A stretch of 63,625 bases of DNA, the filler included, from Asterionella formosa (Eukaryota), in NCBI GenBank assembly GCA_002256025.1. It is 16 parts of 16 records of this genome, joined end to end, with 100 filler letters (N's around TTAATTAATTAA, not from the genome) between each part and the next. Parts side by side here need not be neighbours in the genome. Positions count along the whole stretch, not along the records: positions 1 to 16,338 come from NKIB01004963.1; 15 more parts are not named here. One strand, 5' to 3'. Positions 1 through 12,709 of this stretch are shown here, one piece after another (position 1 is the first letter of the stretch; every line of letters begins with the position of its first letter). The notes beneath the pieces are model-generated. The model was not told the origin of the DNA. It was given only the letters and a program-made list of their open reading frames with translations, and searched no databases. The position numbers were made by a program, and so were the translations under genes.

Positions 1-2002
1 AAGGTGTACAGAAGTCAGTCTACTTAAAGTTCCTGCATTTGGGAGGCAGCAGCTACGTCATCGTTGCTGGATTCATGTGTACATACTGTAGAGCATTCAT
101 TTTTTCCTGGTTACAACGTGTACCGTATATGATTTTTGCATGCATAAAATCAAACCATGCATGTCATGCATGTTTCAGAAAACGTACAGACAGCGTAAGC
201 GGGGTGGTACCTGGTACCTGGTGCAGGTACTTTTCTTCTTGTACCGGTCGACGACTAGACTACTGGTACCATGTGTACCTGGTAGCAGATATAGACATGG
301 AGCTGTCGTCCTTGTTGTCAAACAGCTGAAAATTATGCCCCGGTGTCGTCTACGGGAATGTCATGTTATTTAAGGAATTTTGTTTTTCTTTTCTTGACAA
401 ATCTCTTTAGTCGAATATTTCAACTTTTCACAACCCCCCTCCTTTGATGGCGGACCCGCTGAAGTGACCTGGTAGGAGTACCAGGTACCCTAGCTACCTG
501 CCTGGTCTGGTAACTGGTACCATCATAATGGTGACTTGCTTGCTGTTTTGTTGCAACAAATTGATAGTTCCATCATGGTTGCTCTTGCAAATGATAACAA
601 ACAATACAGCTACTGTTATGAATCCAGGAGCAGTAGATGCATTGATCAACACTTTAAAGTCTGTTTTTGTTAATTCAATTTCTATGAACATATAGAGTGA
701 ATAGGTTTTCCTTCTAACAAATGGCTGGAGGCATTGGAAGATCGTTGAATATGGCAGGCTGGACAGTTCATGAAACAGCAGGCTAATTTGCTTCCAAGTG
801 TATCCACTTGCACCTAACAGCCTCCTTCCTATAACGCAATCCCAAATCGCTGCTCCAATCTCCGAACATGATGATGGATAAAAGATACACCCAAGACTCA
901 ATTGCCAAGATGCCCCTATGTGACAATGACATTTTCGAAAGGATCCACCAGATGTACTAACTTTCGTAATAAAGACTTTAAATGGTAATCACTTTAGATT
1001 TGAGGTCTGATGCACACAAACTGCAACCTCTAGGAACAGTTACCAGTTAATGTCATTTTTCAGAAGTCAAAATTGTGCAGTTGGCTACTGAGGAGTAATT
1101 TTCCATTAGCATGATGGAGTAGGAGAGAAACTATTTATTTATCCATATTTATTTATTTATGGCAACTTTTACAATGCTATTGCCCTGTCATCCAAATCCT
1201 ATCCATAATGACAAGTGCTCCATGTGTATTTAGTTGGGCCCCAAAACCTAAGTCAAACAACTTTTTTGAATGGAATTTCTTATCACCTTGAGGTGAAATC
1301 TCCCTTTCAACCGGTTTCCCAATCAGGGTTATCAACCCCTGATGTTAAGTACAATGAAATGCCAGAACATCTACTGTGCCCTGATCCTGAGAATGTTGAC
1401 TGGTATGACATGTGGTGCACTGGAATGCCATGCAGTTCCTATAAGTCAATGACCCAAAGGTAGTCATCACGTTTTGTCTTTGTTAAACATTCATCATGAT
1501 TAGTAAAAATTGAGCATCATAATCCTCTTCCAGGGAACAAACCAACTTCTGGATAGGATAATGCAACTACACAAAGTTCAGTGTCCAGAGCATCCAATGG
1601 CATCTACACTCAACCAACTATGTACCAGTCATGTATAGAAAAGCAAATTCATTTGCTGTGGTCACTTTTAAACTTGTCTAAGACCAGAATTTATCATTTA
1701 TAACTGTGCAAGAAATCACTTTATTCAGTTGAAACTTACTTTCTTTTTAAAATAATTCAGCACAGTCTGGTAAATGTATTTTCCATTCCCATCACCGTCC
1801 ACTCTCGAATGATTCAATTTTTTTCAGATCGTCACTCCATCATCAGTGATTTGTAAGACTAGTAATGGTACTGCGTACATCTCTTTGTTTTTCATAATTC
1901 GAATTATTTCCTTGTGGACTACCAGGTACGGCGGTACAACACGAAAGAGAAAGCAGACAGGTAATCGTTGACTGAAATGTCAGTGTAGAGTACGAATATT
2001 AC

Positions 2003-2383
2003 CTACTTACTTTCAGGACCGGGATTGTTAGAGGATTCCTTTCCGATTAATTCAGTACGACCCTCATCATCAGTCGCATCAAAGTTAAATTTGGACATGA
2101 GAGAATTTATCGACGATTCTTCGAATGTAGAAAGCTCCTTGCTGTCGCCTTCGTCTTCAATATCACCAATTTCAGTGCATTTGTATTGCCAAATGTTTGT
2201 AAAGAACCCAGTTCCGCATAATGCTTCATTCTTGGATTGAAGAGCATTAGCAGGCGCCACGAGTCCAAACGTAGTTGCTTGCGCGAGAAACACTCGCCGA
2301 GACGATGCCGTCGAAAGCAATGCCAAAGAGTTAACAGTAGGCCAAAACCAAAAGTTTAGCACAAGGAAGAATGCCCTACTCAT
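2003..2383 (-). CDS. Small probable thylakoid-lumen protein of unknown function (signal peptide plus twin-arginine/Tat motif)
   Basis: ATG at 2383 gives a hydrophobic N-terminus (MSRAFFLVLNFWFWP), then SRRVFLAQ...APANA (Tat RRxFL motif and AxA cleavage site). The mature part has two Cys (LCGTGFFTNIWQYKC) and an acidic tail. Confidence 0.65.
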   Translation of the reverse strand: MSRAFFLVLNFWFWPTVNSLALLSTASSRRVFLAQATTFGLVAPANALQSKNEALCGTGFFTNIWQYKCTEIGDIEDEGDSKELSTFEESSINSLMSKFNFDATDDEGRTELIGKESSNNPGPESK

Positions 2384-3035
2384 ATTTTCAGATTTGAAAG
2401 GGAGAGGTTGAATCAAACCAAAATATGATAGTATTCCTGGTACCCGGTCTTCCGCTGCCGATGATACAGTCTAATACATTGAAGAAACGAAATATTTCAG
2501 TGTATTCCTCATACCGGTATATCACTTCGCCTTACATTTTTAGACATACAAAATCTCCGGCTTGCTTCTGCATCTTGTTTGCAATGTTCATAGCTAATAT
2601 TTGGTACCAAGCAATACAAATTTGGTAATACAAATAGCGCTAAACTCATCCGCAAATAGACTCCTAGTAGACTAAATATGTACACTACTGCCAAACTGGT
2701 ACATACCGTTCCGGGTACGTTTATTCGTAGTCATTTTTGACAGATTGTTTTTAAGTACCGATACCGGTAGCCTATGTATAGACCTAGAGACGACCTGGTA
2801 CCAAATGTTTGTCTCCGCTACATCCATACCTGTGGTAATGTATTAGTTTGCCATCAGGTATCCCATCTTCAGCTAAGCTCACATTTGGGCCATGGCTGCA
2901 AGAGTAAACTGCTTCAGCACAAGGGACAGGATCATTATGAGGCATAACGCTAAACGACCAACAGAGCTCCTCGATGGCATCAATATAGGACTTGCGCTGA
3001 TTTATTTACTTAAACTGCTACTAGGAGTCCTCAAC

Positions 3036-4179
3036 CTACCAGTTGTTCCAAGGAGTTTGGTCGTCGTGAACCGGATATCCCCATATCTCCATTGCTTCCT
3101 TCAAATCGGCACAAGGAGAGTCTCTTAATTCATCCTCTGCAACAAACTTACCAGTGACGTCCAGGTTATTGTAAAAGTGAACTTGGATTGACTTATACAA
3201 TCCCTCCTTCGCTCTGGGGTCGTTCTCAATTAATTCAATCGCCTCATCTCTATCAATCGCGTTATACATAACAAGATCGCCAACTGCCAAACTCGATGGA
3301 TCATCCTTGAATTGCGTCGGTAGATGAAGACTTCCGGCACAAATGACTCTTTCAGTTCTGATCAGGTACTCTAAATGCTCCTTGTAAGTCTCGTCTCTCA
3401 AGGTGCCGGTTCCCTCCTCAGCTTCGTGATCCAAAGCTAACGCCATGCAAGGTGTGCCAAAGCGTCCATCATCTTGACGAAGTGAATAATCTCGGTAATG
3501 ACGCCAACGGTATAAGGGGATCTCCGAGATGTCTCCACCTGTGAACCATTGAATCAAGGGCTCATTCTTCATAAAGTCTTGAACATATTCCAACTTGGCC
3601 GATTCCAAACAAATGATCTGACCAATGACACGACGTACATCCGAAGATAAACTAGTAACAAAAAGGGTTAGTGACTTGAAAGTGCCATTATCTCCAGGTG
3701 CATTCATGGCACGAGCTAACTTACAGTTGACGCGACCAAACGACATCAACCATGGAATCAACATTGAACGTTTCGTTGTAAAGGTTCGCCTTACGGCACG
3801 CCATGACATGTGGCTCAGTGTGTTTGATGCGAGCATCGTGGAGCTCCTCGGGGCTCCTGTCCTCGGTGTCCAACAAACGATCCCAAAGGATGGCGACGAA
3901 TCGATTTCCAGAGTTCTTGCTCATAGGAACTGGCTTTAATTCTTTCGTATTGGTCACTCCTTCCTCATCTAATCTTCCTGGTCTATATGGTTCATCATAC
4001 TCGTCCTCAGCTTCGAAGTCCGAGTCTTTGGAGGAGTAGTCTGACGAATCCACGGAGTACGACGACATGCGGAGAGTGAACGACGGCGCAACGTGTCGTT
4101 GTGGAAGGACCGAAAATGTAAAGGCCACAGTCAAGGGGAAACACACTGACAGGACAATCAGAAGAAACTGGCAGTTCAT
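3036..4179 (-). CDS. Plastid-targeted protein with YciI-like (dimeric alpha-beta barrel) domain(s); 2 exons (4179-3725, 3651-3036)
   Basis: Two overlapping ORFs are joined in frame by a 73-nt GT-AG intron (3724-3652) with a CTAAC branch site. Signal peptide ends VA-F. C-terminal YciI pattern: LALDH...LRDETYKEHLEYL...AGSL...GDLVMYNA...EAIELIENDP...GLY. Confidence 0.75.
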
Positions 4180-6098
4180 GGTGCTATGCAACTCTGTCTA
4201 GTTAACCCGAGATGGATGCGGGTATCACGGCACTGCAAGGATGATCAAGTTATTTCCTAGTCCAACGCAACGGAACCAACCGATTGAGAGCATCAAGAGA
4301 AGAATAAACCCATGTTGATGCATGATGGTTATGGCTGAATGTAACGGTATGTACCGGTAGGATATACACGCATTACGTAAAATGGCCATGTACGGTATCC
4401 CTGCTACCGGTATTGGATTCTTCTACCGGTAATCATATTTTCACGGAATGGGCAGAATAAGCAAGCAAATATCAACTTCCTCCCTGCCTGTAGAAATAGA
4501 GGTGTCTTGCTATAAGTACCTCCTGGGACTCACCTCCTCGAATTGCAGCCACTCATTTTCACAGTACATATGCCTTCTCGCTACCAGTAGGTACCAGGTA
4601 GCGGTATCCGATTATAGGACCACTGTACCTGGTACCACCGTTAAACAACATACGTTAGCAGATGGAGAATGCATGGTGCATCATGTCATCACTGCCTTGA
4701 TCATGATGAAAATATCAAATACTCAAAGTATCTCAATGAGAAATGAGAACGACGCTTTATTCTTAGGTGAATATGTTAAGCACAATATAGAGAATACAAT
4801 GATAAAAGAATTATTGTAATAACAGTAATATTGACAACGAAATGCACATCTTTTAAATGAAATTTATAGATTCACAATTCAAAGCGACGATCCTATCAGC
4901 AGATTTGACACTTTCACAGTAGCTGTACAAAGACAACTAAAACAATAAAATGATTAATTAAAGCAACAAATAGATGTCAAACAAGTTATTTATTGGCTTA
5001 GATATGATTCCTTGTATCAATGCTGCAAAATTTGCAGTGTACTAACATGTGAATGATGGAAGAATGATGGTGATGAGATTGTTTCACAAAATTTTGCTTA
5101 CCTGTATAAGTACCAGTATGTTTACCATGTATTATCTTCATTATGTAGTCAACAGTCGATATACCCCCCAGTAGCCTGGTAACTTGAGTATGTACTGTAC
5201 ATTCATTGTTTAAAATAGGTATATCAGGTCATTGGTATGATGATGCTGGCAGTTACAAATTTCCAATCCCAAAGACATTGAAACTGTGAATTAAGACAGG
5301 TGGTTTTCATCACTTCAACCAGAAAAGGAGAATAATTTTGAGTTTGCAGAGAATAAAGCAAAGTAAGCAAGACTTGCTTACTTTTGCTTTGAGCTGCCCC
5401 TCTAGTATTGCCCTGGCTATTGTTGTGTTTTGCTATTTCCTTGTTTTGAAGAATAAAATTAGCATTGAACCTATGCCACTAAGTGGTGACCATCCACAGA
5501 CAATTTTAAAGAGTAAATAGATACTGTTTTCTTTGTACTTAAAAATACATGTCCTGCATCACTTTATCAATTTCAGCAAAATGACTGCAACTTGCAGCAC
5601 CATGCATGCAAGAATAAAAAGTTGATAAAGTGGTAGACCAGGGAGGTGAGGACTGGTGCCTGGTGGTAACTGTACCAGGTACCAGTACCCTGTACCACCT
5701 TTCTACCATGGTAGTACCTCGTACCAGATACAAGTCGCGGTAAAAGACGGTTAAGACTGTGAGGAAAAAAATAGCTAAACTTCTGTTCCTGCAGCGTGGC
5801 AGTTAGTCCTGTTACCACGGTAGGACCATACCTGTTTATCTTCTGTCCACAATATCGATGGAAAGGCAGGGTTGTTAATTAACTTAAAATCAATCATCGA
5901 GTTTTCAAGTAAATCCACGCCACGATTGAAAGCTCCAAATGTGTAACGCAACATGTCAATCAAAAATCAGCACGGATCGCCGAACCGATCCCATGAAATC
6001 TCATCTAATTTACCAGAGAATTATTCATTTCTCGCTCACAAATAATAAGTCAGAAGAAGACCAACACTCAACTTAAAATCCCAACCTTACAAGACACG

Positions 6099-6482
6099 AT
6101 GAAGATCAACACCAAGACTGTGACACCGATCAAAACCTGCCCCACCAGCAAGATCGCTGACAACAAGGACCTTCCGACTGCGCCAACTGAACAAGGTTCG
6201 CTCGGCAGAGTCCTAACTTTTATTCCAATGATGATATGGACTCCAGTGCTCTCATCCAAACGCACTGAGGTGTCTACCCCGGCTTCTCCCCGACTAACGG
6301 GGGACGAAATGAAAGAAGTTTGCGTCCGGCTCTCAGAGCTATTTATTTCCAAAACGACGGACAAGAAGGATCAACCAGCCGAAGATCGTAAACCTGAGCT
6401 TGGTCGATTCAAGACCACCATTATGGATCCCAAGACCAACCAGGCAGTCCCTGTTCTTCGCAGTGTCCGCGTGCAAGCTTAA
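6099..6482 (+). CDS. Hypothetical small protein (127 aa)
   Basis: ATG-initiated ORF with coding-like composition, convergent with the neighbouring gene. No recognisable domain. Confidence 0.5.
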   Translation: MKINTKTVTPIKTCPTSKIADNKDLPTAPTEQGSLGRVLTFIPMMIWTPVLSSKRTEVSTPASPRLTGDEMKEVCVRLSELFISKTTDKKDQPAEDRKPELGRFKTTIMDPKTNQAVPVLRSVRVQA

Positions 6483-6594
6483 ATTGACAATAATAGCCAC
6501 GTCACCAGTTAGGAAAGCGACCGAGAGGTCGCTATAGTATGTAACTAATAGAAATAATCGCCGTTTTCAATCCCCTTCATGTGTTTCATTCTAT

Positions 6595-7644
6595 TCAATC
6601 TCTGTTCTTTCGTAAGAATACATGATATCGCTGTTTGAAGATAGTGTCGTTTTCCATCGTTAACGAGGTCGGGTCTACGTCCCACCCATACCTATCAATA
6701 GCAGGTTTCCACCAATGAGGATGCACTCCACCCCAATCAAAGTACGCATTGCAAAGCGGCAGGCTAACTTGTTCCACAATGATAGCTTTCCCGGGCTTGG
6801 CAATGCGCACCATCTCAGCAACCCATTTTCCATAAAAGTCGTTTTGTATCCCTTGAGCCATCTCTGATAGCTTCTTGCTCTGCCAATCCTCCGCTTCACA
6901 GAGCTCGGCATATTTTTTATCGTTGGCTTCTGATGTAAGATTAAAGTGAAGAGGATCTATAATGGGGAAAATGTAACCTGTGTACACCAAGTCAAACGCA
7001 TTTGATGGTACAAAGAATAGATGGGTCGAATCTCCGACACAGATCTTGCCCTTTTTAGCATTGTTGGGAGCGACGTGATCAAACAAAAGATTCGCTCTAT
7101 CGGCAGAAACTTTCAGATATTCATTCCCGTAGACATAAAGTGTATCAATATTCTTCACTTCTTTGAGAATCTCCAGCGTCATGAAAATGTTAAGACCGAT
7201 GCCGCAAGCACTTTCATAGATGGAATCTCCCTCGTTAATTTCCGGAGCAAACATATTGCTCTTCCAGTGATACATCCCTGCCTTTACTTGCTCATAAGAG
7301 TGTCCCCAGTTATCAAAAACCTCGGTTCTGAAGGTCTCGAGAAAATGAGTCAAGTTGTTGGTGATCGCGATGGGCTTTGTTGCTTGCTCATATGCTGTGG
7401 TAAAGATTTCTGAATCGTAGTTATCGGCGACTCCAATACCTAGAGGGCATTCAAATGGGACAATAATTGATGTCGAGGAACCCAATGGGATGAATATATA
7501 TATAGCTGCGGCTATCAAGGTGGTTCCAATGATCAATATGGCCCATCGAAAATCGGGCTCGTTCCTGCTGTTCTCTGATTGATCCCCAATTTCCATCTTT
7601 TCCATCTTTCCAACAAAAAAACCGGCATCGCTATCCGGAATCAT
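6595..7644 (-). CDS. Membrane-anchored class I SAM-dependent methyltransferase
   Basis: N-terminal TM segment (WAILIIGTTLIAAAIYIFIPL), motif I IYESACGIG, GDSTHLFFVPSNAFDLVYTG and EMVRIAKPGKAIIVE. Confidence 0.75.
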   Translation of the reverse strand: MIPDSDAGFFVGKMEKMEIGDQSENSRNEPDFRWAILIIGTTLIAAAIYIFIPLGSSTSIIVPFECPLGIGVADNYDSEIFTTAYEQATKPIAITNNLTHFLETFRTEVFDNWGHSYEQVKAGMYHWKSNMFAPEINEGDSIYESACGIGLNIFMTLEILKEVKNIDTLYVYGNEYLKVSADRANLLFDHVAPNNAKKGKICVGDSTHLFFVPSNAFDLVYTGYIFPIIDPLHFNLTSEANDKKYAELCEAEDWQSKKLSEMAQGIQNDFYGKWVAEMVRIAKPGKAIIVEQVSLPLCNAYFDWGGVHPHWWKPAIDRYGWDVDPTSLTMENDTIFKQRYHVFLRKNRD

Positions 7645-8935
7645 CTCTGGGAGATTGGGCTATGCCTCGAGCAAACAAACTGATACGGAGGAGTGTTGGT
7701 CTATTACCGATATCTACGTTCTGCTACCGGTTGAACACCGGTTACTGAGGAAAGGAACAGAACATTTCGTCCGTTTCGTTTCCATGATGGTTCTTACCGC
7801 CATAGCTACCGGTAATAGGTGTATAATAATACCGGTATCATCGGTGTGACATATCATGTGATCATCGTATTTATGTATTTACAATTTATGCATCAATAAA
7901 ACATTTTGACTAGGAACAATACCTAAGTAATAGACTAACGGTATTATCATGTAGCATTGTGTCTACATACCAGCCCACTAGTGGTATGGTAGGTACTCCT
8001 ACATACATCCAACGTCAAAATTGTTGGCTGAGTACCGGTACCTGGTACCTGGTACTAAGTACCATACTGGTAGTAACGAGAGCTACAAATTTCTCATTCT
8101 TCCTGTGGGTTTGATTGAAACCTCCGTGTTTGCTAGCCACTTGAAAAGTGAACTTTCATCGTTTGTTAGTCAAGCAAGACGAGGCTAAATGTTGGAGAAA
8201 GACCTCAATAACCTACCGGCAATGACAAAGGTTCATGCTTCATGCTGAATAGTTTTGTTTTTTAAAGTATTTTCTAAGATGGGAATTAGATCCATCGATC
8301 CTAATCCAAGTGAAAGCTCAATGACAAGTTACTTGAAACATTGACGATGGGACCTGGTATACAAAGTTTCATCTTCCATTTATATACATACATTTATACA
8401 GTTTTTATGGATGTGAAGTAACGTGTCTCACGAAATTAGAAGTCACCACATGCATATCACTTAAAGTTAACGTAAGTGATCGGTTATCCTAGTCTATTTT
8501 ATTGCAGCGTCCATATATACAGTATTAAAATTCAGATCAACAACAGTATTTAATAAGGGCCTAAAAGTTCCTGGCGTGACTAGACGAAAGTGGGAGAGAC
8601 AGATGAATAATATTTCAGACACTTTACAAGAGTCAATTAACGCTACATTTTTGATAAGAGGAGATATTGTTGGAAAGCACAGCATACAAAGTATTCTGTT
8701 TATTGGAGCTCATGATGCATCGACAACTTCGTCCACCACCATTAAAATGAGGGTGTCAAAAGCCATCCATGATAGAGGTTGGTGTAACACGTGTTGTCAC
8801 AAGGGAGTTTACACATATGTCTATGCAGGGACGATAGTAAAAGAACAAATACGAAGGTCACTTAGAATGGAGTGAGGTAGGGTTGGAAATGCAGTTGTAG
8901 GCGCTGCGATGATATGGCGGGTAGGTTCGATGCTA

Positions 8936-10414
8936 CTATGCCACAGAAATGCGCATAGCATTACAAGCAGCCTCAACAAGGGCAGGAAGAGATGGTCCAG
9001 ATGTATCCATCTTCGGGAGAGTCTCTGTGAAAGGCTGAGGGGACACCAGGGAAGGAACGAGAATTTTCGAAGATGTTGGCGTTCGGAAGTGAGCGAATGA
9101 CTGCTCCTGTGAGCGCGGTTGAGGCGAGACCATACGAAGGAATGCCTTCGTTTCACCAACAGTTTGTTCCAGGTCATCAGGAAGAGGAAAGTAGGTAAAC
9201 TTATCCATGCTTTCGGGGTCACTGTCGCCGTACGAAGTTGGCTTTGGCGACGGATACCGAGGAGTGACAACCCCAGTCTGAGAAGGTTCATCGGCATCTG
9301 TAGAAGGAGCTGCAGACAAGTCAAGTTGTGTGGTGTACAAACATTCGGGAATTGCCTCTGTCTCCACCATCGCTGGCGCGTAAGCTTTGGCTTCGAGACA
9401 AGAATGAGTAGCTGTACGTACGACAATGCGAGAACTTTTTTCCATCATCCTGGCAAGAACCCGAGTGTCAATCTGTACCGAGACGCCAGTGAGAGTCTCT
9501 TCACCTGCCTTGGTGATCGTGAAAGTTCCTTCGATGATACCAGGAGCTTCCAGAGTAACTTCAGTGAAACCAGCTGAAGTACTGAGGTTCAAGACCGTTT
9601 GGAATGAAAGTGCGTGGGAGACACTGTAGACCTTGTCGCTGTCAGTCTCAAGTTTTCGCTTTTTCGCCGGAGGTGCGGTGCAAGCAGGAGAGGAAATCCG
9701 TGAGTCCTTTTCCATACGCTGTGGTCGGACACGGTAGGAGGTGCGAGCGTCAAGAACATCAAACTTGGAAGCCCCGTGCTTCAGAGAGGCCAAAACCAAA
9801 GCTTCTGAAGAGCTGAGTAGTTCACGAAGATCGTCTTGGCTTGCGCCTTGAGCCAGCAGGTCGCGCTCCTGCAAGACCAGGGATTCGGCCAGCTCGCTCA
9901 CCCAAGTGTCAATTCTCCATTGCACAGCAGTGTGAAAAGATTGGAGCATGTTCCTTGCCATTGCCTCTGCTGACAAGCGCATGGCATCCCGATCATCGAC
10001 CCCAAGAGGTCTACTCAGCAAAACTGCTGGTGGCTGCACATGAGTTAAAGCACGCTCGCTGCTACCATCGGTGACTTGACGCTGTATGACTGACGGGCGA
10101 GTTTGAAATGACGATGCATCCAAAGACAATGACGGGCACGAGAAAGCGAAGCTCTGTTGATGGGAACCCGAATTCTGGAGGTCGTCATGTCCTCCATTTG
10201 ACGACTGAACTGCAATTTCTTCGTCACTACTTAATGGCTCGTCAATAACAGAGGTGGTTGATGTAGACGTCATCAAGCTCATTAGTAGTTGCGCATCTTG
10301 GCGAAGGTCACCATCGGTGGCAATGCTGCCATCCTCTTGTGAGACGCAGGTACCGAGACGAGCTGCAAAGCCAATCAGGGCCAACTGTTCAGAGGTTGTA
10401 CCAGCCTCGTCCAT
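8936..10414 (-). CDS. Hypothetical protein (492 aa), probably nuclear
   Basis: Long uninterrupted ORF with a monopartite NLS-like PPAKKRKL and a Ser/Pro-rich C-terminus. No family recognised. Confidence 0.7.
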   Translation of the reverse strand: MDEAGTTSEQLALIGFAARLGTCVSQEDGSIATDGDLRQDAQLLMSLMTSTSTTSVIDEPLSSDEEIAVQSSNGGHDDLQNSGSHQQSFAFSCPSLSLDASSFQTRPSVIQRQVTDGSSERALTHVQPPAVLLSRPLGVDDRDAMRLSAEAMARNMLQSFHTAVQWRIDTWVSELAESLVLQERDLLAQGASQDDLRELLSSSEALVLASLKHGASKFDVLDARTSYRVRPQRMEKDSRISSPACTAPPAKKRKLETDSDKVYSVSHALSFQTVLNLSTSAGFTEVTLEAPGIIEGTFTITKAGEETLTGVSVQIDTRVLARMMEKSSRIVVRTATHSCLEAKAYAPAMVETEAIPECLYTTQLDLSAAPSTDADEPSQTGVVTPRYPSPKPTSYGDSDPESMDKFTYFPLPDDLEQTVGETKAFLRMVSPQPRSQEQSFAHFRTPTSSKILVPSLVSPQPFTETLPKMDTSGPSLPALVEAACNAMRISVA

Positions 10415-12709
10415 GGCAATTCAAGATATCAATGTGCTTGTTATGGAGAAGTCAATGCCCAATGCTTGTTCCTTACAAGAATTGGAATGTATTATGCAAG
10501 GAGCAATGCTAGAAAGAATAATAACTTTCGCTAGTTGATGCGTTTCAGCTGGGATTACAACTGTTCTGTTGAAATCGCACTGAGCATCACTGGCCGCTGT
10601 GTGTTGAACTTCGTTCTGACAAGAGCACATAGCATATCCTCGTAGACTTTGGTGTAGCTAGAGAAGGCACTGACACCATAGTTCTCTGTGAGTATAAATG
10701 TATGTAATGGTTGGTACCTGGTACTACGTACCGCATTTATGCCCATTCTTGTTTCCATCGTTCCACCTCTCGTCCTACAAAAGACCCAGTCCCCGTAAAA
10801 AGACCCAGTGCCGGAACTCGGCGGTCGAATCCCCTTCGCAATCTCGTGAAATTACATTTTTCAGAAGGGTATTTAGGGAATGTTAACTTGGACAAGGAAT
10901 ATATTATATTTTCGCGGGTTTTAGTTGTGGAAAACGTCAACGCCGGCCCAATACTGGTTACACAAGTTATTACTTGTTGGTCCTTTGCATACCAGCAGGG
11001 AAGACAATACCACACGTGATCGGCTTGTTTTAGGGGATCAACTTTTATGTGTGAGGTGCGTTGAACGCCGACCGGGTAGCGCAATAAATATTTCCTTTCG
11101 TCCATCGTGTCACGCTTTTTCTGATGATTCGCAAAAAAGCAAGCATGACAACGAAAAGCAATCGCTATATGTACGGTCGTGAGACAAGAAAAGCTGACAC
11201 TGACGCTCGTATCATACCTTGCCAGCGTTACTGAGGAAGCCTTAGTCTAGAAATTTTACTTATGATGTACCCCGGAGTACTGACGGCCGGTAATAGGATA
11301 GCAGTAAGTACTGGTAACCGGGTACCCCACATCAATTAAAAACTGTAAGGAACTGCTATTTTACTCCATCTTCCGACTAAAAATATTTATGTAATAATAC
11401 AATGATGAAAACTTGATGCAAGTACAAACTGCATGTTAGAAGATGCTCTCTGCTAGGAATTCTAATACTAGGTGTGCATTTTCAGTCATAGTTAAATTTA
11501 CTGTCTTAGTTTAAATTTATTTAAGATTATTCATCATCACTAACTTCATTGTTATCATCATAATTTCAACTTTGCAACATTGAACTTTCCAGGTTACAAA
11601 CCTGACACATTTATTTTTCCTAGTACTAAGCCTGCCTACATTGGCAGTCTGTAGTGCTGCTGCTGACACCTTGCTTCCCCATTCACCATGTCCATTTTGG
11701 ACACTGCCACTCCCTTCACCGACTCCTCATCCACTCTTATTCACACTCAACTTGCTCTGCTAGACTTTCTGGTCTTTCCACAACAAAAATCAGCCAAATC
11801 GGCACTTGACATATTGATAAAATGCATTTTGCCTACTTTACGCACTTCTCACAGTGCTTTGTTTTTCAAAAAAGGCCTATTCCTCTTCCCAAGACCTTGC
11901 TTGCTGTCTCCCTCTCTACCACTTCCAATTCTCCCATATTCATCTGGAATATCTGGAAATTTCAAGAAACTGTTCTCTATTGCTGTTGCCCACATTCTCT
12001 GCCATCAGGTACCAAGGCAGGAACTTCACTTTCCCCTGATCCCTCCATTGTATTGGCAACCCAAGAGTCGCCTCTCTCAATATTTTGCGATTCGTCTGTA
12101 TGTATCACCAGTGTACATAGAGGAATGAGTACCGGTACCAGGTACCTGGTACATAGTATAGTACGTACTATAATCATGCAAATCGAATCAATTGCTCCGC
12201 TTTTGTCACGTACCTATAAAAACTAAAATACCGGTACCAGTATGAAATTCCCCGCAAATGTCGTTTATGCTTCGCCCATTCCATAGATGTATTTATGTGT
12301 ACCAGGTACCGTTGTTTGCATGGCTGCTCGACTTGTGTACCTGGTACCCTGGTACCAGTACCGGAACATATGTACTATTATATTACTCCGTTCTGCGGAG
12401 TTTTATGACCATCCATTTTCTCGCGTCACAAAAGGAATCATTACTTTATACCGTTTATACTGGCACCCAGCATCAATGTACCGATCGGTAAGCTGCACCT
12501 GTACCTGGTACCTGGTACTCCAGTACTTTGGTACCAGGTAGACCAGCAGCAGCAAAATAAATATGATAGGAATTGTCAACAACCCGCCGGCCATCGCGTA
12601 GATCATTCAACAACACATCAATCTTCGGTTTTTGTTCTTTAACAAAACGTTCTGGCCCATCACACATCAACCACCAACTCGGAACGTGCGTCAGAAAGTC
12701 TACTGTATC

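Noticed and set aside
39..373. Short ORFs rich in VPGT/WYLV/RYQV peptides, here and in many intergenic regions
   Set aside because: These are translations of the TACCWGGTA motif clusters, not a protein family.
494..1800. Decayed coding-like region on the minus strand
   Set aside because: Multiple stops and no motif I can assign; probably an old repeat remnant.
8821..10538. Antisense and alternative-frame ORFs over the 492-aa gene (likewise over other real genes and the kinase)
   Set aside because: Shadow ORFs of genuine coding sequence.
12130..12560. GTACCAG/GTACCTG clusters as a CRISPR array or telomeric repeat
   Set aside because: No constant 23-47-nt repeat with unique spacers, no cas genes, and mixed orientations. 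Better explained as footprint-like motifs.
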